Assembly (NCBI GenBank): GCA_965248695.1
Contig: CBDFKD010000002.1
Coordinates: 256,001 to 320,000 of the forward strand
Reading direction: 5' to 3'
DNA length: 64,000 nucleotides
Source: Acidobacteriota bacterium
Lineage (GTDB): Bacteria; Acidobacteriota; UBA890; WLXD01
Part shown: piece after piece, positions 51,126 to 62,384 of the stretch
Layout: every line of letters starts with the position of its first letter
Numbering within the stretch: position 1 is the stretch's first letter
The notes under the pieces: generated by a model
Told to the model about the DNA's origin: nothing
Seen by the model: the letters and a program-made list of their open reading frames with translations, nothing else
Database searches by the model: none
Position numbers and translations under genes: made by a program

Positions 51126-51220
51126 TCGAGCTTGCCATGGCGGCCGGGAGATGTTCAACCCGGTGCTCTGGCCGCCCGCCGGCGGGGACGCTTGCTCCGC
51201 GACAGAATTCTGCAGGCTTG

Positions 51221-52330
51221 CTACAAGCGTCCGAGCACGTCGTCGATGCGAGCCAGCCCGGAAACCAGCTGTTCCGACTCGCCGCCAATGCCGATGCGCA
51301 GGTAGTGGTCCATGCCGAAGCAATCGCCGGCGATGACGAGCAGCCCCTGCTCATCGCGCAGGCGGGTCGCCAGCTCGGTCGAGTTGACATCGAGGTCGTA
51401 GCGTATGAACGCCATGCCGCCCGACCGCGGCGGGACGAACTGGAGCCGCCCTCCGTGCGCATCGACCCACTCCTGGATGATCCCCAGGTTGTGTCGCAAC
51501 AGGCTACGGTTGCGCTCGAATATCTGCTCGCGACGCGGCGACGTCAGCACCATCTGCGCGATTCGATCGCTCATGATTGCCGGCGCAATGGTGGTGTAGT
51601 CGTGACGCGCCCAGGAATCGGCGATCATCTGATGCGGGCCCAGCAGCCAGCCGATGCGCAAACCGGGAAGCGCGTATGCCTTCGACAGCCCTCCGGTGAC
51701 CACGACCTTGTCGTAGGTTCCCCAGAACGTCGGCGTCGCGTCGTCGACAAGCTCGGCGCCGCGATAGATCTCGTCGACGTAGACCCAGGCGCCGACCTCG
51801 GCGGCAAGGTCGGCGATCACCTGCATCACGTCGGCTTCCAGCACCGCCCCGGTCGGATTGTTCGGATTGCAAAGCGCGACCATCTTCGTCCGCGGTGAGA
51901 TCGCCGCACGCAACTCGTCGAGGTCGGGGCCCCACGCAAGCTCTTCGCGCAGATGGAATGGGCGCACGTCGACGCCGAAGGCGTGCGCCACTCCCTGCAA
52001 CTGCAAGTAGTTCGGGACCATCATGGCGAGCTCGTCACCGGGCTCCAGAAGATTCCACGCGGCCACGAAGTTGGCCTCCGCCGAGCCCGTCGTCACCAGC
52101 GCGTTGTCGGCATCGGCGCTCTCGTACAGACCGCTGATGGACTCCCGCAACGGAATCGAACCGTTCGTCTGGCCGTACCCCAGGCGAACACCGACCACCT
52201 CGTCCATCTCTTCAGGCGTCAGCAGCTCCTCGAGAGTGTACGGATGCACCCCGCTCTCGGTGAGGTTGATCTCGACCAGGTTCTCCCAGAGCGACTGAAC
52301 TCTCTCGAGCTCGAACGTCTCGACCTTCAT
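51221..52330 (-). CDS. PLP-dependent aminotransferase class I/II
   Basis: CNPNNPTG, DEIY, GLSKAYALPGLRIGW. Confidence 0.9.
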   Translation of the reverse strand: MKVETFELERVQSLWENLVEINLTESGVHPYTLEELLTPEEMDEVVGVRLGYGQTNGSIPLRESISGLYESADADNALVTTGSAEANFVAAWNLLEPGDELAMMVPNYLQLQGVAHAFGVDVRPFHLREELAWGPDLDELRAAISPRTKMVALCNPNNPTGAVLEADVMQVIADLAAEVGAWVYVDEIYRGAELVDDATPTFWGTYDKVVVTGGLSKAYALPGLRIGWLLGPHQMIADSWARHDYTTIAPAIMSDRIAQMVLTSPRREQIFERNRSLLRHNLGIIQEWVDAHGGRLQFVPPRSGGMAFIRYDLDVNSTELATRLRDEQGLLVIAGDCFGMDHYLRIGIGGESEQLVSGLARIDDVLGRL

Positions 52331-52379
52331 CAGCAAACTCCGTTCAGCAGGCTGCGGCGCGCCGTGTCACTCCCGACGG

Positions 52380-52400
52380 TTCATCTGTTACAGGCCACTA
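52380..52400 (-). repeat. 21-nt stop-codon-anchored repeat, copy 2
   Basis: Identical to 6040..6060. Confidence 0.7.
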
Positions 52401-53945
52401 CGATCCGAAGGCGTAGAGAGTCTCACGAGTGCGGATGTATATGCGTCCGTCCGCGATCGCAGGCGTCCCGTAGGCCAGATCGTCGAGATCGTTGACGGCC
52501 AACACTTCGAGCACCGGGCCCGGCCGCAGGACCGCCACTTTGCCGAGCTCGCTGACCATGTAGATCTTGCCGTCGGCGGCGACCGGCGAAGCATAGAACT
52601 GGTCGACCGCGCCCGGAATTCTCCCCTGGTCGAGCCGCTCGCCGGTGGACGGATCCAGAATCGTCACGATACCGCCGTCGTTGATCATGTAGAGCAGCCC
52701 CTGGTACAGCAGCGGCGACGGTAGTTGCGGCACCGCCCGACTGTAGATCCACAGGAAGCTCTCGGCGGTCATGTCGCCGCTGCCCCCGAGCCGAATGGCG
52801 AACATGCCGTTGGTCATCGCCATCGAGTTGCGAAAGTAATCCCAGTCGCGCTGATCGAGCGTGCCGTCGCGGTCCAGATCGCTCATACCGAAACGGCGCT
52901 TGGCCCTCCCTTCCGGCAGCTCTTCGGAGGTGAGCCGGCCGTCGGCGTCCGCGTCGCTGACCGTCAGCGCTTGCTCGAACGAGCCCACGTCGATGACGTT
53001 GTCTGGATCGTTGAGCGGCGAGCCGTAGCCGTTGACATAAACGACGCCATCGCCGACAACCGGAACTGACTTCATCTCGTGGATCATGCCGCGCACCCAC
53101 CACCGGCGGTCTCCGGTCTGCACGGAATAGCCGCTGAGCAGAAACGACCCGACCACGATCAGCTGCGGTTCGCCCTGCGGCGACGTCCAGATGATCGGCG
53201 TCGCATGCGAGCTGGCGGCTTCCGGGCGGTCGACCCGCCACAGCTGGCGACCGGTGGCAGCGTCAACCGCCAGCAGGTACGAGTCGGTGCGTTGATCGCA
53301 CACCAGCAGGACCTTGCCATCATGGAGCACCGGGGAAGCGCCCATGCCGTACAGGTTGTCGAACGGCGCCAGCGGCATTCGCCAGAGCTCCTCACCGTCG
53401 AGGTCGTACGCTAGCAAGCCAAAGTCGGCAAAGAACACCACCACGCGCTCGCCATCGGTCGCCGGGCTCGGCGCGGCCGGGTTGTTGCGCGTATCCAGGG
53501 TCTCGGCGCGCGGCCTCGGAGCCTGCCGCCGCCAAAGCACCTCACCGGTGGCTCGATCGACGGCCAACGTGAACAGCTGCCCTTGCTCGAACGCGGTCAC
53601 GAAGACGCGATCCGCCGACAGCACCGGCGACGAGTGGCCGGGTGGCAACGGCGTCTTCCAGACGACATGGTGCTCGCCGTCGAAGCGCAGCGGCAGCGGC
53701 GTCGTCTCGGCGACGCCCGAGCCGTTGGGACCGCGGAAGCGCGACCACGACCCGGCCCCGGAGTGCTCCACGGCGGGAGCTGGCGCGGCTTGCCCGCAAC
53801 GGCCGCTTGCTGACGGTGCCCACGACAAGAGCACCGACGCCAGCACCGAGATGCAAGCGACCCGCGCACCGGAAGGCAGTATCCCGCCCCACCAGCGGCC
53901 GACCCGCAAGAACCGCGACAGCGGTCTGCTCAGACTACTCGGCAC
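52398..53945 (-). CDS. PQQ-like beta-propeller (BamB-like) protein with EF-hand-like insert; start uncertain
   Basis: WSRFRGPNG, GHSSPV, GASPV, DADADGRL / DLDRDGTL, FYASPV, TPAIADGRIYIRT. Confidence 0.8.
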   Translation of the reverse strand: MPSSLSRPLSRFLRVGRWWGGILPSGARVACISVLASVLLSWAPSASGRCGQAAPAPAVEHSGAGSWSRFRGPNGSGVAETTPLPLRFDGEHHVVWKTPLPPGHSSPVLSADRVFVTAFEQGQLFTLAVDRATGEVLWRRQAPRPRAETLDTRNNPAAPSPATDGERVVVFFADFGLLAYDLDGEELWRMPLAPFDNLYGMGASPVLHDGKVLLVCDQRTDSYLLAVDAATGRQLWRVDRPEAASSHATPIIWTSPQGEPQLIVVGSFLLSGYSVQTGDRRWWVRGMIHEMKSVPVVGDGVVYVNGYGSPLNDPDNVIDVGSFEQALTVSDADADGRLTSEELPEGRAKRRFGMSDLDRDGTLDQRDWDYFRNSMAMTNGMFAIRLGGSGDMTAESFLWIYSRAVPQLPSPLLYQGLLYMINDGGIVTILDPSTGERLDQGRIPGAVDQFYASPVAADGKIYMVSELGKVAVLRPGPVLEVLAVNDLDDLAYGTPAIADGRIYIRTRETLYAFGS

Positions 53946-56900
53946 CCGTCACCAGCGGCCCGAGTCCACTCTCGCGCAACAGCCGGTTGAACTCCTCGAC
54001 GTCCAGACCAACCACCCCCGCCAGCTCCTCGCTGAGGTCGAGCATCCGGTCCTCGAGCACCCGCTGCACCTCGTGCGCCTGGTCGGTCGGCGGAAAGTCG
54101 ACGGTCGACACCGCGCCGATCAGGTACTGCAGATGCCCGAACAGGCGCGTCGGCCAGCGAACCCGATCCTGACCCGTATAGCTCAACCGCGTCTGGTAGA
54201 GGTCCTCCTCGACCGCAAGCAGCGCGGCGCAGCCATTCGATCCGGTTGATCATCCCTACGGTAGTTTCAAGGGCGTCGTACAGCTCCACGACCATTCCGG
54301 TCTGCGCCGCGATGTCGGCCGCGGTGCCTTCAGAATTGGGATCCTTCAGCACTTCCAGGGAGTGCTCGGATGTCTGTCCGGCGGCCTCGAGCGTCAGCGT
54401 GTAGCGGCCGGGTGGCTGGAGCATGCCGGGCCGGCTGTTCACCTCGCGAACGCGGTCGGCACCCAGGTCGAACCACTCGACGGTCACCGGTCGTGTGCGT
54501 AGCCGCAGCGGCGTGGCCGCTTCGCCGCGCAGATTCCACCAGACGCGGTTGATCCCGGCGGTCGTGGTGCCATCGAGCTGTCGCACGATCTCTCCCGCGG
54601 CGTTGGTGATGCGGACCGTCACCGGCCCTTCCGGCTCCACGCCTAGCCAGTAGCTGATCGACGCGCCGCGGGGGGGATTCTCACCGGTCGCAGGATCGCC
54701 GGCGGTGGTCGCCGGGGAGGTGATGTTGTGGAAGCGATACGCCTGCCGAGGCTCGAACAGGTGCGCCGCCGGCCCACCCGCGGTCCCACCCTGGACGGCA
54801 GCCACCATCGCCGGTGTGAGCTGCTGCAGCGGCGACAGATCGTCCATGATCCAGAAGCCGCGCCCTTAGGTACCGACCACCAGATCGTTGAAATGCTCCT
54901 GGATGACGATGCCGTATACCGGCGACGCGGGCAGATCGGTCATCAGCGACTGCCAGCTGTCGCCGTCGTCGAAGCTGACGTACAGCGCATTCTCGGTACC
55001 CAGGTACAGCAGCCCCGGACGCACCGGGTCCTCCTCGATGTGGCGCGCGTAGCTCAGGACACCGGCGGCGATGCCGTCGGTGATCTTCTCCCAGCTGCGG
55101 CCGAAGTCATCGGTGCGATAAACATAGGGAGCAAAATCGCCGACCTGGTGATGCTCGATCGCCACGTAGGCCTTGCCGGCGTTCCACTTCGACGCTTCGA
55201 CGGCGCGCACGACACCGTCCGCCGGCAGGCCGGGGATGTTCCCCGTGACGTTGTCCCACGACCCGCCGCCGTCGCGGCTCACCTGCACCAGGCCATCGTT
55301 GGTGCCGGCCCACAGCACCCCCTGTTGCGCCGGCGACTCGTCGAACGCGTAGATGACGCAGCAGTACTCCACACCGATGTTGTCGGGCGTCAGGCCGCCG
55401 GAAATTCCCTGCTTGGTCTTGTCATTGGTGGACAGATCCGGGCTGATCACGTCCCAGCTCTGACCGCCGTTGCGGGTGCGATGAACGTGCTGGCTGGTGA
55501 CGTAGATCGTGTCGCTGTCGTGCGGTGAGATGAGCAGCGGAAACGTCCACTGGAACCGGTACTTGAGATCCGCGGCGGGCCAACCGCCAGTGCTCTCGGG
55601 CCATACCTCCACCTGACGGAACTGACGCGTGCTCTCGCGATAGCGCACGACGATTCCGCCACGCGCACCGGCCCCGGAAGCGCTCGACCAGATGACGTCC
55701 GGGTCCTCCGGATCGGGAGTGGCGAAACCGCTCTCACCACCGCCAATGCTGTGCCACATGCCCCTGGGTATGGAGCCACCGCCGAACCCGCCGGTGCGGC
55801 TGTTGCTTGGGCCTCGGTACGACGGTCCGTCCTGGCGATTGCCGTAGACGTAGTACGGCACGTTGTTGTCGGCGGTGACGTGGTACATCTGCGCGATCGG
55901 CAGCTGGATGCGCAACCAGCTGCGACCGCGGTTGGTGGAGATGGCGACGCCCGGATCGTTGCCGACGATCATGCGATCGGGGTCGCCCGGGTCGATCCAC
56001 ATATCGTGATTGTCTCCACCCGGCCGTGCCATCGCGGCGTCGGCAGAGCCGGCAGAGGAGTACGTGCGCCCGCCGTCGAGCGTGTACAGGAACGGCGCCG
56101 CCAGGAAGTAGGCCTCGTCAGCATCTTCCGGCGACACGTGGCAAACGGTGTAATAGGCGCTGCGCCCCGCCAGGTCGCGGCTGTGGTTGACCATCTCCCA
56201 CTCGCGCCCGCCGTCTTCGGAGCGCCACAGCTCACCGCTGTCGGTCTCCTCTCCGTGCCAGGGGACCCCGTCGCCGGTCTCGATCAGCGCATAGACACGA
56301 CGGCTGTCGGCCGCCGTCATGCAGACGTCGATCTTGCCCACCGCTCGGGTCGGTAGCCCGTGCCCCTCGAGCTTCGTCCAGGTGTCGCCGCCATCACGGC
56401 TAGCGAAGATCCCACTGCCGGGTCCACCGCTCTCGCGGTTCCACGTGTTGATCGACACCTGCCACATCCCGGCGAACAGAATGCGCGGGTTGCTCGGGTC
56501 CATCTCCAGATCCGAGGCACCGGTGTTCTCATCGACGAACAGCACCTGTTCCCAGCTCGAGCCACCGTCGGTGGTGCGGAAGATGCCGCGCTCCGCCTGC
56601 GGGCTGTGCCCATGCCCGAGCGAGGCGACGTAGACAGTGTCCGCATCACGCGGGTGGATCAGCACGTCGGAGATCCGTCCGGTCGCCTCCAACCCCATGT
56701 GCACCCAGCTGTCGCCACCGTCGGTGGATTTCCACACGCCGTTGCCTACCGACACGTTGGATCGAATGTGAGGCTCGCCAGTGCCGGCCCAGATGATTTG
56801 TGGATCGCTCGCCGCGACCGCCAACGACCCGATCGCGTGCACCGGCTGGTCGTCGAAGATCGGCCGCCACGTGAGGCCGCCGTCCTCGGTCTTCCAGATG

Positions 56901-57139
56901 CCGCCGGACGCGGCGCCAACGTAGTACGTGTGCGGGTCGCCGGTAACCCCGGCAACAGCGGCGATGCGGTTCCCGATCGGGCCGATGTGGCGGAAGTGCA
57001 ACGGCTGTAGCGCGGAAGGTGCATCCATCTGCGCTGCGGCGGTGGCTGGTGCCAGCGCAACAAGGCAACCGCCGAGAAGCACCAGCCGGAGTAGAGCCGT
57101 GCGGTGGACGCAAGGACGAGCAGACGGTCTTTTCATCAT
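53935..57139 (-). pseudogene. Sortilin/VPS10-like BNR-repeat glycosyl-hydrolase-like protein with in-frame TAA (54866-54868) and a frameshifting deletion near 54225
   Basis: Many S/T-x-DGG-x-x-W Asp-boxes; LVVGT*GRGFWIMDD; C-terminal part in another frame. Confidence 0.75.
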
Positions 57140-57257
57140 GGCGACTCCTGATCGCGATGGGCGCGAACGTCAGGTTGGCGACTCGACGGGCAACAGACTA
57201 GTCTTCCGGCGGACGCCCTGCACCGGCCCACGCCGGATCGAACCCGCCGCCTGGCCC

Positions 57258-58403
57258 ATGTCAGCAGATCCTCTTCCGACCGACCATTTCCGCCGTCCGG
57301 ACGGCTGCACCTACCTGAACACCGCGTCCGTGGCGTTGATGCCGCGCGTTGCCGAAGAGGCAATCGTCGATTGGCAGCGCGACGTGGCACGCAACGGCAC
57401 GGTCAACCTCAGCGAGATCGTCGAGGAAACGATCTTTGACGATCTGCACGGGTCCGCGGCGCGCATGTTCGGTGCATCCAGCGACGACGTCGCGGTGGCG
57501 GCGAGCTTCAGTGAGCTCCTAGGCTCCCTCGCCTGGGCCCTGATGCCTCCGGCCGGCAGCAACGTCGTCGGCACCGACGTCGGCTTCCCGAGCACGCTCT
57601 ACCCGTGGGTACGCGTGGCTCGTACGACGGGATGCGAGATTCGCCTGGCCCCGAGCCGCGACATGCGCGTGGACCCCGACGAGCTGGCGGATCAGATCGA
57701 CCCCAACACCGCGGTGGTCTGCATCTCCCATGTCGAGTTCGGCAGCGGCCAGCGCTACGACCTGCGGCGACTTGCCGACACCGCCCACGCCCACGGCGCG
57801 CTGCTCGTCGTCGACGGCACCCAGTCGGCGGGCGCCATTCCGATCGACGTTCGCCGAGATGGCGTCGACGTGCTGATCAGCGGCGGCTACAAGTGGCTCT
57901 GCGGACCGTTCGGCGCCGCCGTGATGGTGTTGGCGCCACACCTCCACACACGCTTCGACCCGGGCCTGGTCGGCTTTCGAAGCCATCAACGGCTCTGGGA
58001 TCTGGCGCCGGTGCGCATGGACCTGCCGGACACAGCGCGGCGCTTCGAATACGGCACGATGGGATACGGCAATGCGATCGGCCTTGCCCGAGCGCTAGAG
58101 GCGCTGCTGGATGTCGGGGTGGATCGAATCGCGACGCACAACCTCGCACTGGCAACACGCTTGATCGACGGCCTGGAAGCGCGCGGTGCGGAGATTCTGT
58201 CGCCTCGAGCCACCGAGGAACGGTCATCGATCGTTTCAATGCGGGTGCCAGGGACCGACGCACCCAAGATCGCGAAACACCTGAACGACAACGGCGTGAT
58301 CGTGTCGGGCCGCAACGACTTCGTGCGCTTCTCGCCGCACCTGTACAACACCGTCGAGGACATCGAGCGGGCTCTCGACGAGCTCGATCGTGGCCTGAGC
58401 TAG
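57258..58403 (+). CDS. Aminotransferase class V / cysteine desulfurase-like PLP enzyme
   Basis: YLNTAS, VVDGTQSAG, GYKWLCGP.G, RFSPHLYN. Confidence 0.85.
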   Translation: MSADPLPTDHFRRPDGCTYLNTASVALMPRVAEEAIVDWQRDVARNGTVNLSEIVEETIFDDLHGSAARMFGASSDDVAVAASFSELLGSLAWALMPPAGSNVVGTDVGFPSTLYPWVRVARTTGCEIRLAPSRDMRVDPDELADQIDPNTAVVCISHVEFGSGQRYDLRRLADTAHAHGALLVVDGTQSAGAIPIDVRRDGVDVLISGGYKWLCGPFGAAVMVLAPHLHTRFDPGLVGFRSHQRLWDLAPVRMDLPDTARRFEYGTMGYGNAIGLARALEALLDVGVDRIATHNLALATRLIDGLEARGAEILSPRATEERSSIVSMRVPGTDAPKIAKHLNDNGVIVSGRNDFVRFSPHLYNTVEDIERALDELDRGLS

Positions 58404-58419
58404 ACGCTGGGGCGGGGCC

Positions 58420-59160
58420 TCAGCCCGACCCAGCAGACCACAGCATCAGCGCCCCGAAGGCGACCATCGCGATACCGGCGATGCGGCCGCCAACATCGCC
58501 ACGCGGGCCGATCGTCTCGAACAGCACGAACGCCGTGATCATCGCGATCCACAGCAGGTTCATGACGCTGCCCACGAACAGCAGCATCATCAGCAACCAG
58601 CAACAGCCCAGACAGAAGATGCCGTGCTCGGCGCCCATGCGAATGGCGCCGGCTGCGCCCGCACGCCAGTGCTCGGCGATGAAGTGTACCGGCGATCGGC
58701 AATGGCGCAGGCAAGCCTGCTTGAGTGGCGTCATTTGATAGAGGCCCGCACCGATCAGCAGCCCGGCGCCGAGCTTCGAGCTATGGAGGACCATCATTGG
58801 CGACAGCAAGGCGACACGGCTCAGCTGCCATTGAAGCAACGTCGCGAGGACACTGAAAGCACACCAAACCACCACGTATCCGCCCACGAAGGCGGCCGTC
58901 GGCGCCAGGATGCTTCCCTGGCTCGCTGCCTTGCGCACCACGGACGCGTAGATCATCGCCATGGGAGTGGCCGTCGGGATCATCATCCCGACCATCATCA
59001 CCGACCACATCATCAACATGAGGCCGAAGTCCGTTGCGCTCCAGTAGCGCAACGCGACCATCCGCCCCAGGCCGGCAGTGCCGGCCGGGTCCATGCTGAC
59101 GGCGCCGACTACCAGGTACGCCCAGGCCAGGGCGGTGACGCCGGCGAGCGACGCCAGCAC
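58420..59160 (-). CDS. DUF2182 predicted metal-binding membrane protein
   Basis: MWSVMMVGMMIP, YQMTPLKQACL.HCR, CLGCCWLLM, MNLLWI. Confidence 0.85.
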   Translation of the reverse strand: MLASLAGVTALAWAYLVVGAVSMDPAGTAGLGRMVALRYWSATDFGLMLMMWSVMMVGMMIPTATPMAMIYASVVRKAASQGSILAPTAAFVGGYVVVWCAFSVLATLLQWQLSRVALLSPMMVLHSSKLGAGLLIGAGLYQMTPLKQACLRHCRSPVHFIAEHWRAGAAGAIRMGAEHGIFCLGCCWLLMMLLFVGSVMNLLWIAMITAFVLFETIGPRGDVGGRIAGIAMVAFGALMLWSAGSG

Positions 59161-59180
59161 CGCGATACGATCGCGTCGGT

Positions 59181-59813
59181 TCAGCGAATCACCCCGTCCT
59201 GATTCATGTGCAGGACGTTGAACTGGGCGTACGAGCCGTCGAGGTCGAGCTCGATCGCGCCGGTCACCCTGGAGCGACCGCTACCCATCTCGGCATAGGT
59301 GTACTCAAAGCCGTTCGGCAAGTGAATCCGCGAACGTGACTCCTCACCTGAAAAGGCGTCGGTGATCGGCGTGCCGGCGGATTCGATCAGACCCGGCACG
59401 CGTGCGGTGGCACGGCGAGCATCGACATCAATCGACAACTCGATCGGTGCCGATAGCGTCTCGAGCACCTCCGACATGGTGCTGTTGTAGACGAAGAAGT
59501 GCGTCGCACCGGGGGTGGTGCACTCGCCGTGGAGGATCTTGCGCAGTGCTTCGTGCTGCTCGGGTGTGGCGCTCTCGTCGATGACAACCTGCTGCCGACC
59601 GTTGCCTTCGGCGATCTCTCCAGGCCACCAAACCATCATCGCCCAGTCGAGCCCGTCGAGACGGGTGTCATTGAAGTACCCCTCTTCGATGTGGCCGTGC
59701 ACGACGGCCTCGCAGTTGCCGTGCGTAGTGGGGGCGCCGAACTGGCAGGGACAACCCCAGTCGCAGTTACAGTTCCCGTATTCCGCCCCTCGCAACATCC
59801 ACCGATCTTCCAT
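59181..59813 (-). CDS. DUF1326 protein
   Basis: NCNCDWGCPC, PTHGNC-like motif; canonical partner of DUF2182. Confidence 0.85.
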   Translation of the reverse strand: MEDRWMLRGAEYGNCNCDWGCPCQFGAPTTHGNCEAVVHGHIEEGYFNDTRLDGLDWAMMVWWPGEIAEGNGRQQVVIDESATPEQHEALRKILHGECTTPGATHFFVYNSTMSEVLETLSAPIELSIDVDARRATARVPGLIESAGTPITDAFSGEESRSRIHLPNGFEYTYAEMGSGRSRVTGAIELDLDGSYAQFNVLHMNQDGVIR

Positions 59814-60973
59814 CACCTTTCTCCCCACCAGCCACTGGCCGTTTGGCGGGCGCCGAAGCCCAGCCAAGTGTCGAGCCTCAACAATAGCCATCGCAACGGA
59901 GTGGACGCCAGCCGACGCCACAGCCCGAACGCTCTCGGTGACCAACTCTTGTTGTAGGGGCAGACGCGGATACAGATGGAGCAATCGCTGTTCTGCCGGG
60001 TCCAGAAGCTGAAGCACTTCTCGGCGTCGACGGTCCACTTGCGCACCCCTACGAGATTGGACCGGTTGTAAACGCGCGCGCTGGGAGCGTCGTCGGGAAT
60101 CGCTTGCACCGGGCAGGCATCAGAGCATCGCCGGCACGCCTCGCAGAACTCCTTCACGCCGAAGCTCACCGGCTGATCCACGAGCAGCGGGAGATCGGTG
60201 AATATCTTGCCGAACCGCACCCGTGGCCCGAATTCCTTGGTGATCACCATGCCGTGGCGCCCGTACTCGCCCAGACCGGCCTGGATCGCCAGCGGAATCG
60301 ATAACGCCGTGTCGTTGAGGTTGGGTACCGCCTCGTAGCCGAGGTTGCGGATGTACTGACTCAGCGCCAGCAGCGTCAGGGTGTCCTCGGAGTAGCCCCA
60401 CCCGGTCGCCGTGCCGCTCAGCGCCGACGGCACCGTGTCGATGAGCCCGTGGTCCATCTCCTTGGCGATGACGTGGGTCAGCCCCTCCGGCATGACGTTG
60501 GGCTTCTCATGCTCCAGCCGACGACTGTACTTGTGGGTGTACACCCAGCGCTCGTCGTAGGCGGTGACGCCGATCAGGTCGGCGCCGAACAGCTTACCGA
60601 CGCGCTTGATCTCCGAGCTCGCCGCCGCCGGCGAATCGAACGGGACCTGCTGGTCCGGGGCATCGCGTAGCACAGTGAGCTCGTCGAGGTAGCCTTCACG
60701 CCGGTCCTCGTCTTCCTTGAGCTCGGCAAACACGTCGGTGACATGCCAGGAGGCATTGCGCAGCGCGTAGTCGCGCTGCGTGAACCCGTCGACCTTGCGC
60801 CAGTTGGCGAGCGGCTTGCGATAGGTGTCGTAGAACAGGTCGCTGCGATCGGAGCGCACCGCCGGATCCCAGAACGAGCGACAGAACACATCGTCGCGCT
60901 GGCTGAAGCGTTCGAACTGCGGAAGCACCTCGAACGGCTCACGGTCGTCGCCGCCGCCGGCCGGCGCGCTCAC
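59813..60973 (-). CDS. Reductive dehalogenase-like cobalamin/2x[4Fe-4S] protein without Tat leader
   Basis: FGADLIG, SIPLAIQAGLGEYGR.G, GPRVRF.KIFTDLPL, FCEACRRCSDACP, CSICIRVCP. Confidence 0.8.
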   Translation of the reverse strand: MSAPAGGGDDREPFEVLPQFERFSQRDDVFCRSFWDPAVRSDRSDLFYDTYRKPLANWRKVDGFTQRDYALRNASWHVTDVFAELKEDEDRREGYLDELTVLRDAPDQQVPFDSPAAASSEIKRVGKLFGADLIGVTAYDERWVYTHKYSRRLEHEKPNVMPEGLTHVIAKEMDHGLIDTVPSALSGTATGWGYSEDTLTLLALSQYIRNLGYEAVPNLNDTALSIPLAIQAGLGEYGRHGMVITKEFGPRVRFGKIFTDLPLLVDQPVSFGVKEFCEACRRCSDACPVQAIPDDAPSARVYNRSNLVGVRKWTVDAEKCFSFWTRQNSDCSICIRVCPYNKSWSPRAFGLWRRLASTPLRWLLLRLDTWLGFGARQTASGWWGER

Positions 60974-61701
60974 TGCGCCGTCGCTAGTTGCGCCTCGACG
61001 GCCTCCAGGAGCATGCGAACGATCTCCGCGTCGCCGCTGTCGGACGGCTCGAGCTCCAGGAACACCTCGAACGCTGCCGCTGCGGAGGAAAGATCGCGCG
61101 CCTGGACGTGCGCCAGGCCTACCTGCTTGTGCACCACCGCCAGCCCCGGATCGATTGCCAAAGCCTGGGAGAAGGTCGCCAGCGCCAGGTCGTTGCGCTG
61201 CTCCTTCAGGTAAATATCCCCGACACCCACGAGAACGGTAGCGTCACCCGGATGCCGCGCCAGCAGTTCCGCGAACAGCCGGTCGGCGGCGTCATCGCTC
61301 CCGGCGCGCAGGTACGTCCGCGCCAGCGTTAAGCTCACTCCGACGTTGGGGTCGGCGCCGAGGTAGCGCTTCAGGGCCGCTACCTCAGCGGCGTCATTGC
61401 CCAGTGCCCGGTGGGACTCGGCGAGCCGCAGCAGCACGATGTTGGCGGTCGGATTCGCCTCTAGTAGCTTCTGCCACTGCTCCAGCGCCGCCTCGTGGTC
61501 GCGCGCTTTGACTGCGATCAGGCCGGCCTGGTATTCCTCCGTTTCTACGACATCCTCGACCTCGCCGGTCGTCCCACCCGGCTCCTGCGACGGCGCGGCG
61601 CTCAGCTGACCGGCTGTCAGCGTCAACAGGGCCAGCGCGAAGCGAAAACAGTCGCGGAGCTGGGGTCGGCGCGAATCGCCCGCTGGTCGCCTCAAAGCCA
61701 C
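60970..61701 (-). CDS. Tetratricopeptide-repeat protein, secreted
   Basis: Helical repeats such as ALATFSQALAIDP and AFEVFLELEP; hydrophobic N-terminus. Confidence 0.7.
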   Translation of the reverse strand: MALRRPAGDSRRPQLRDCFRFALALLTLTAGQLSAAPSQEPGGTTGEVEDVVETEEYQAGLIAVKARDHEAALEQWQKLLEANPTANIVLLRLAESHRALGNDAAEVAALKRYLGADPNVGVSLTLARTYLRAGSDDAADRLFAELLARHPGDATVLVGVGDIYLKEQRNDLALATFSQALAIDPGLAVVHKQVGLAHVQARDLSSAAAAFEVFLELEPSDSGDAEIVRMLLEAVEAQLATAQ

Positions 61702-61776
61702 CTCAACGCCTCCACCGTAGGTCGGCAGGATTCCTCCCCGGGACGGGACGGTGAGTATAGTCCGAAGCTGCGGCGA

Positions 61777-62175
61777 TCAGCCCGCAGTCCACAGCCGCAA
61801 CGAGGTGTGGCGAGCGATGTGTTCGAAGTCCGCGTCGGGACTCAGGAGCTCGGCGTCTAGATCTAGACAAATCTGGGCGATCACACAGTCGACCGCCCCT
61901 CGCACCGTGACTCCGAGGCTTCGGAGCGAGCGGAACAGCCGGGCGGCCCGCACGTAGCAGTCCAAGTCCGGCTGGATCATAGGGAGCCGCAGGAGGACGT
62001 CGCAAGCGCGCCTGAATCCGCTCTCGGTTCGGAACCCCTGAAGTACCTCGGTGATGATGATCGGGGTTGCGCCCAGGTCCTCCTCACCCTTCAAAGCGTC
62101 GCCAAGCCGACGCGTGTGCGGAGTGAGCACGCCATTGAAGAAATCCGCCCAGGTATTCGAGTCGACGAGTGTCAC
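61777..62175 (-). CDS. vapC: VapC PIN-domain toxin
   Basis: LVDSNTW, EVLQG, DCVIA, DADF. Confidence 0.9.
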   Translation of the reverse strand: MTLVDSNTWADFFNGVLTPHTRRLGDALKGEEDLGATPIIITEVLQGFRTESGFRRACDVLLRLPMIQPDLDCYVRAARLFRSLRSLGVTVRGAVDCVIAQICLDLDAELLSPDADFEHIARHTSLRLWTAG

Positions 62176-62384
62176 CGACCCACCGTACGATCAGCTCGCC
62201 AGGCGACCACGTCGCCCTGCCATTCGAACTTGCCCTCTAGCCGACGGATAGCGCGATACAGACTGCCTTTCTCAACCAGGCGGCGCAGCGCGATTTCCAC
62301 CACCTCGCGCTTCGTACGTGCCCCCGTGAGTCGCATCGCCTGTTCGACAAGCTCGTCGTCGAGGAAGATGTTCGTACGTCCCAT
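62172..62384 (-). CDS. vapB: VapB antitoxin
   Basis: [25 protein letters not shown]; overlaps vapC. Confidence 0.9.
   Translation of the reverse strand: MGRTNIFLDDELVEQAMRLTGARTKREVVEIALRRLVEKGSLYRAIRRLEGKFEWQGDVVAWRADRTVGR

Noticed and set aside
54866-54868. Stop-codon recoding in the sortilin-like gene
   Set aside because: The codon is TAA at a Tyr position with no SECIS-like context; mutation or error is simpler
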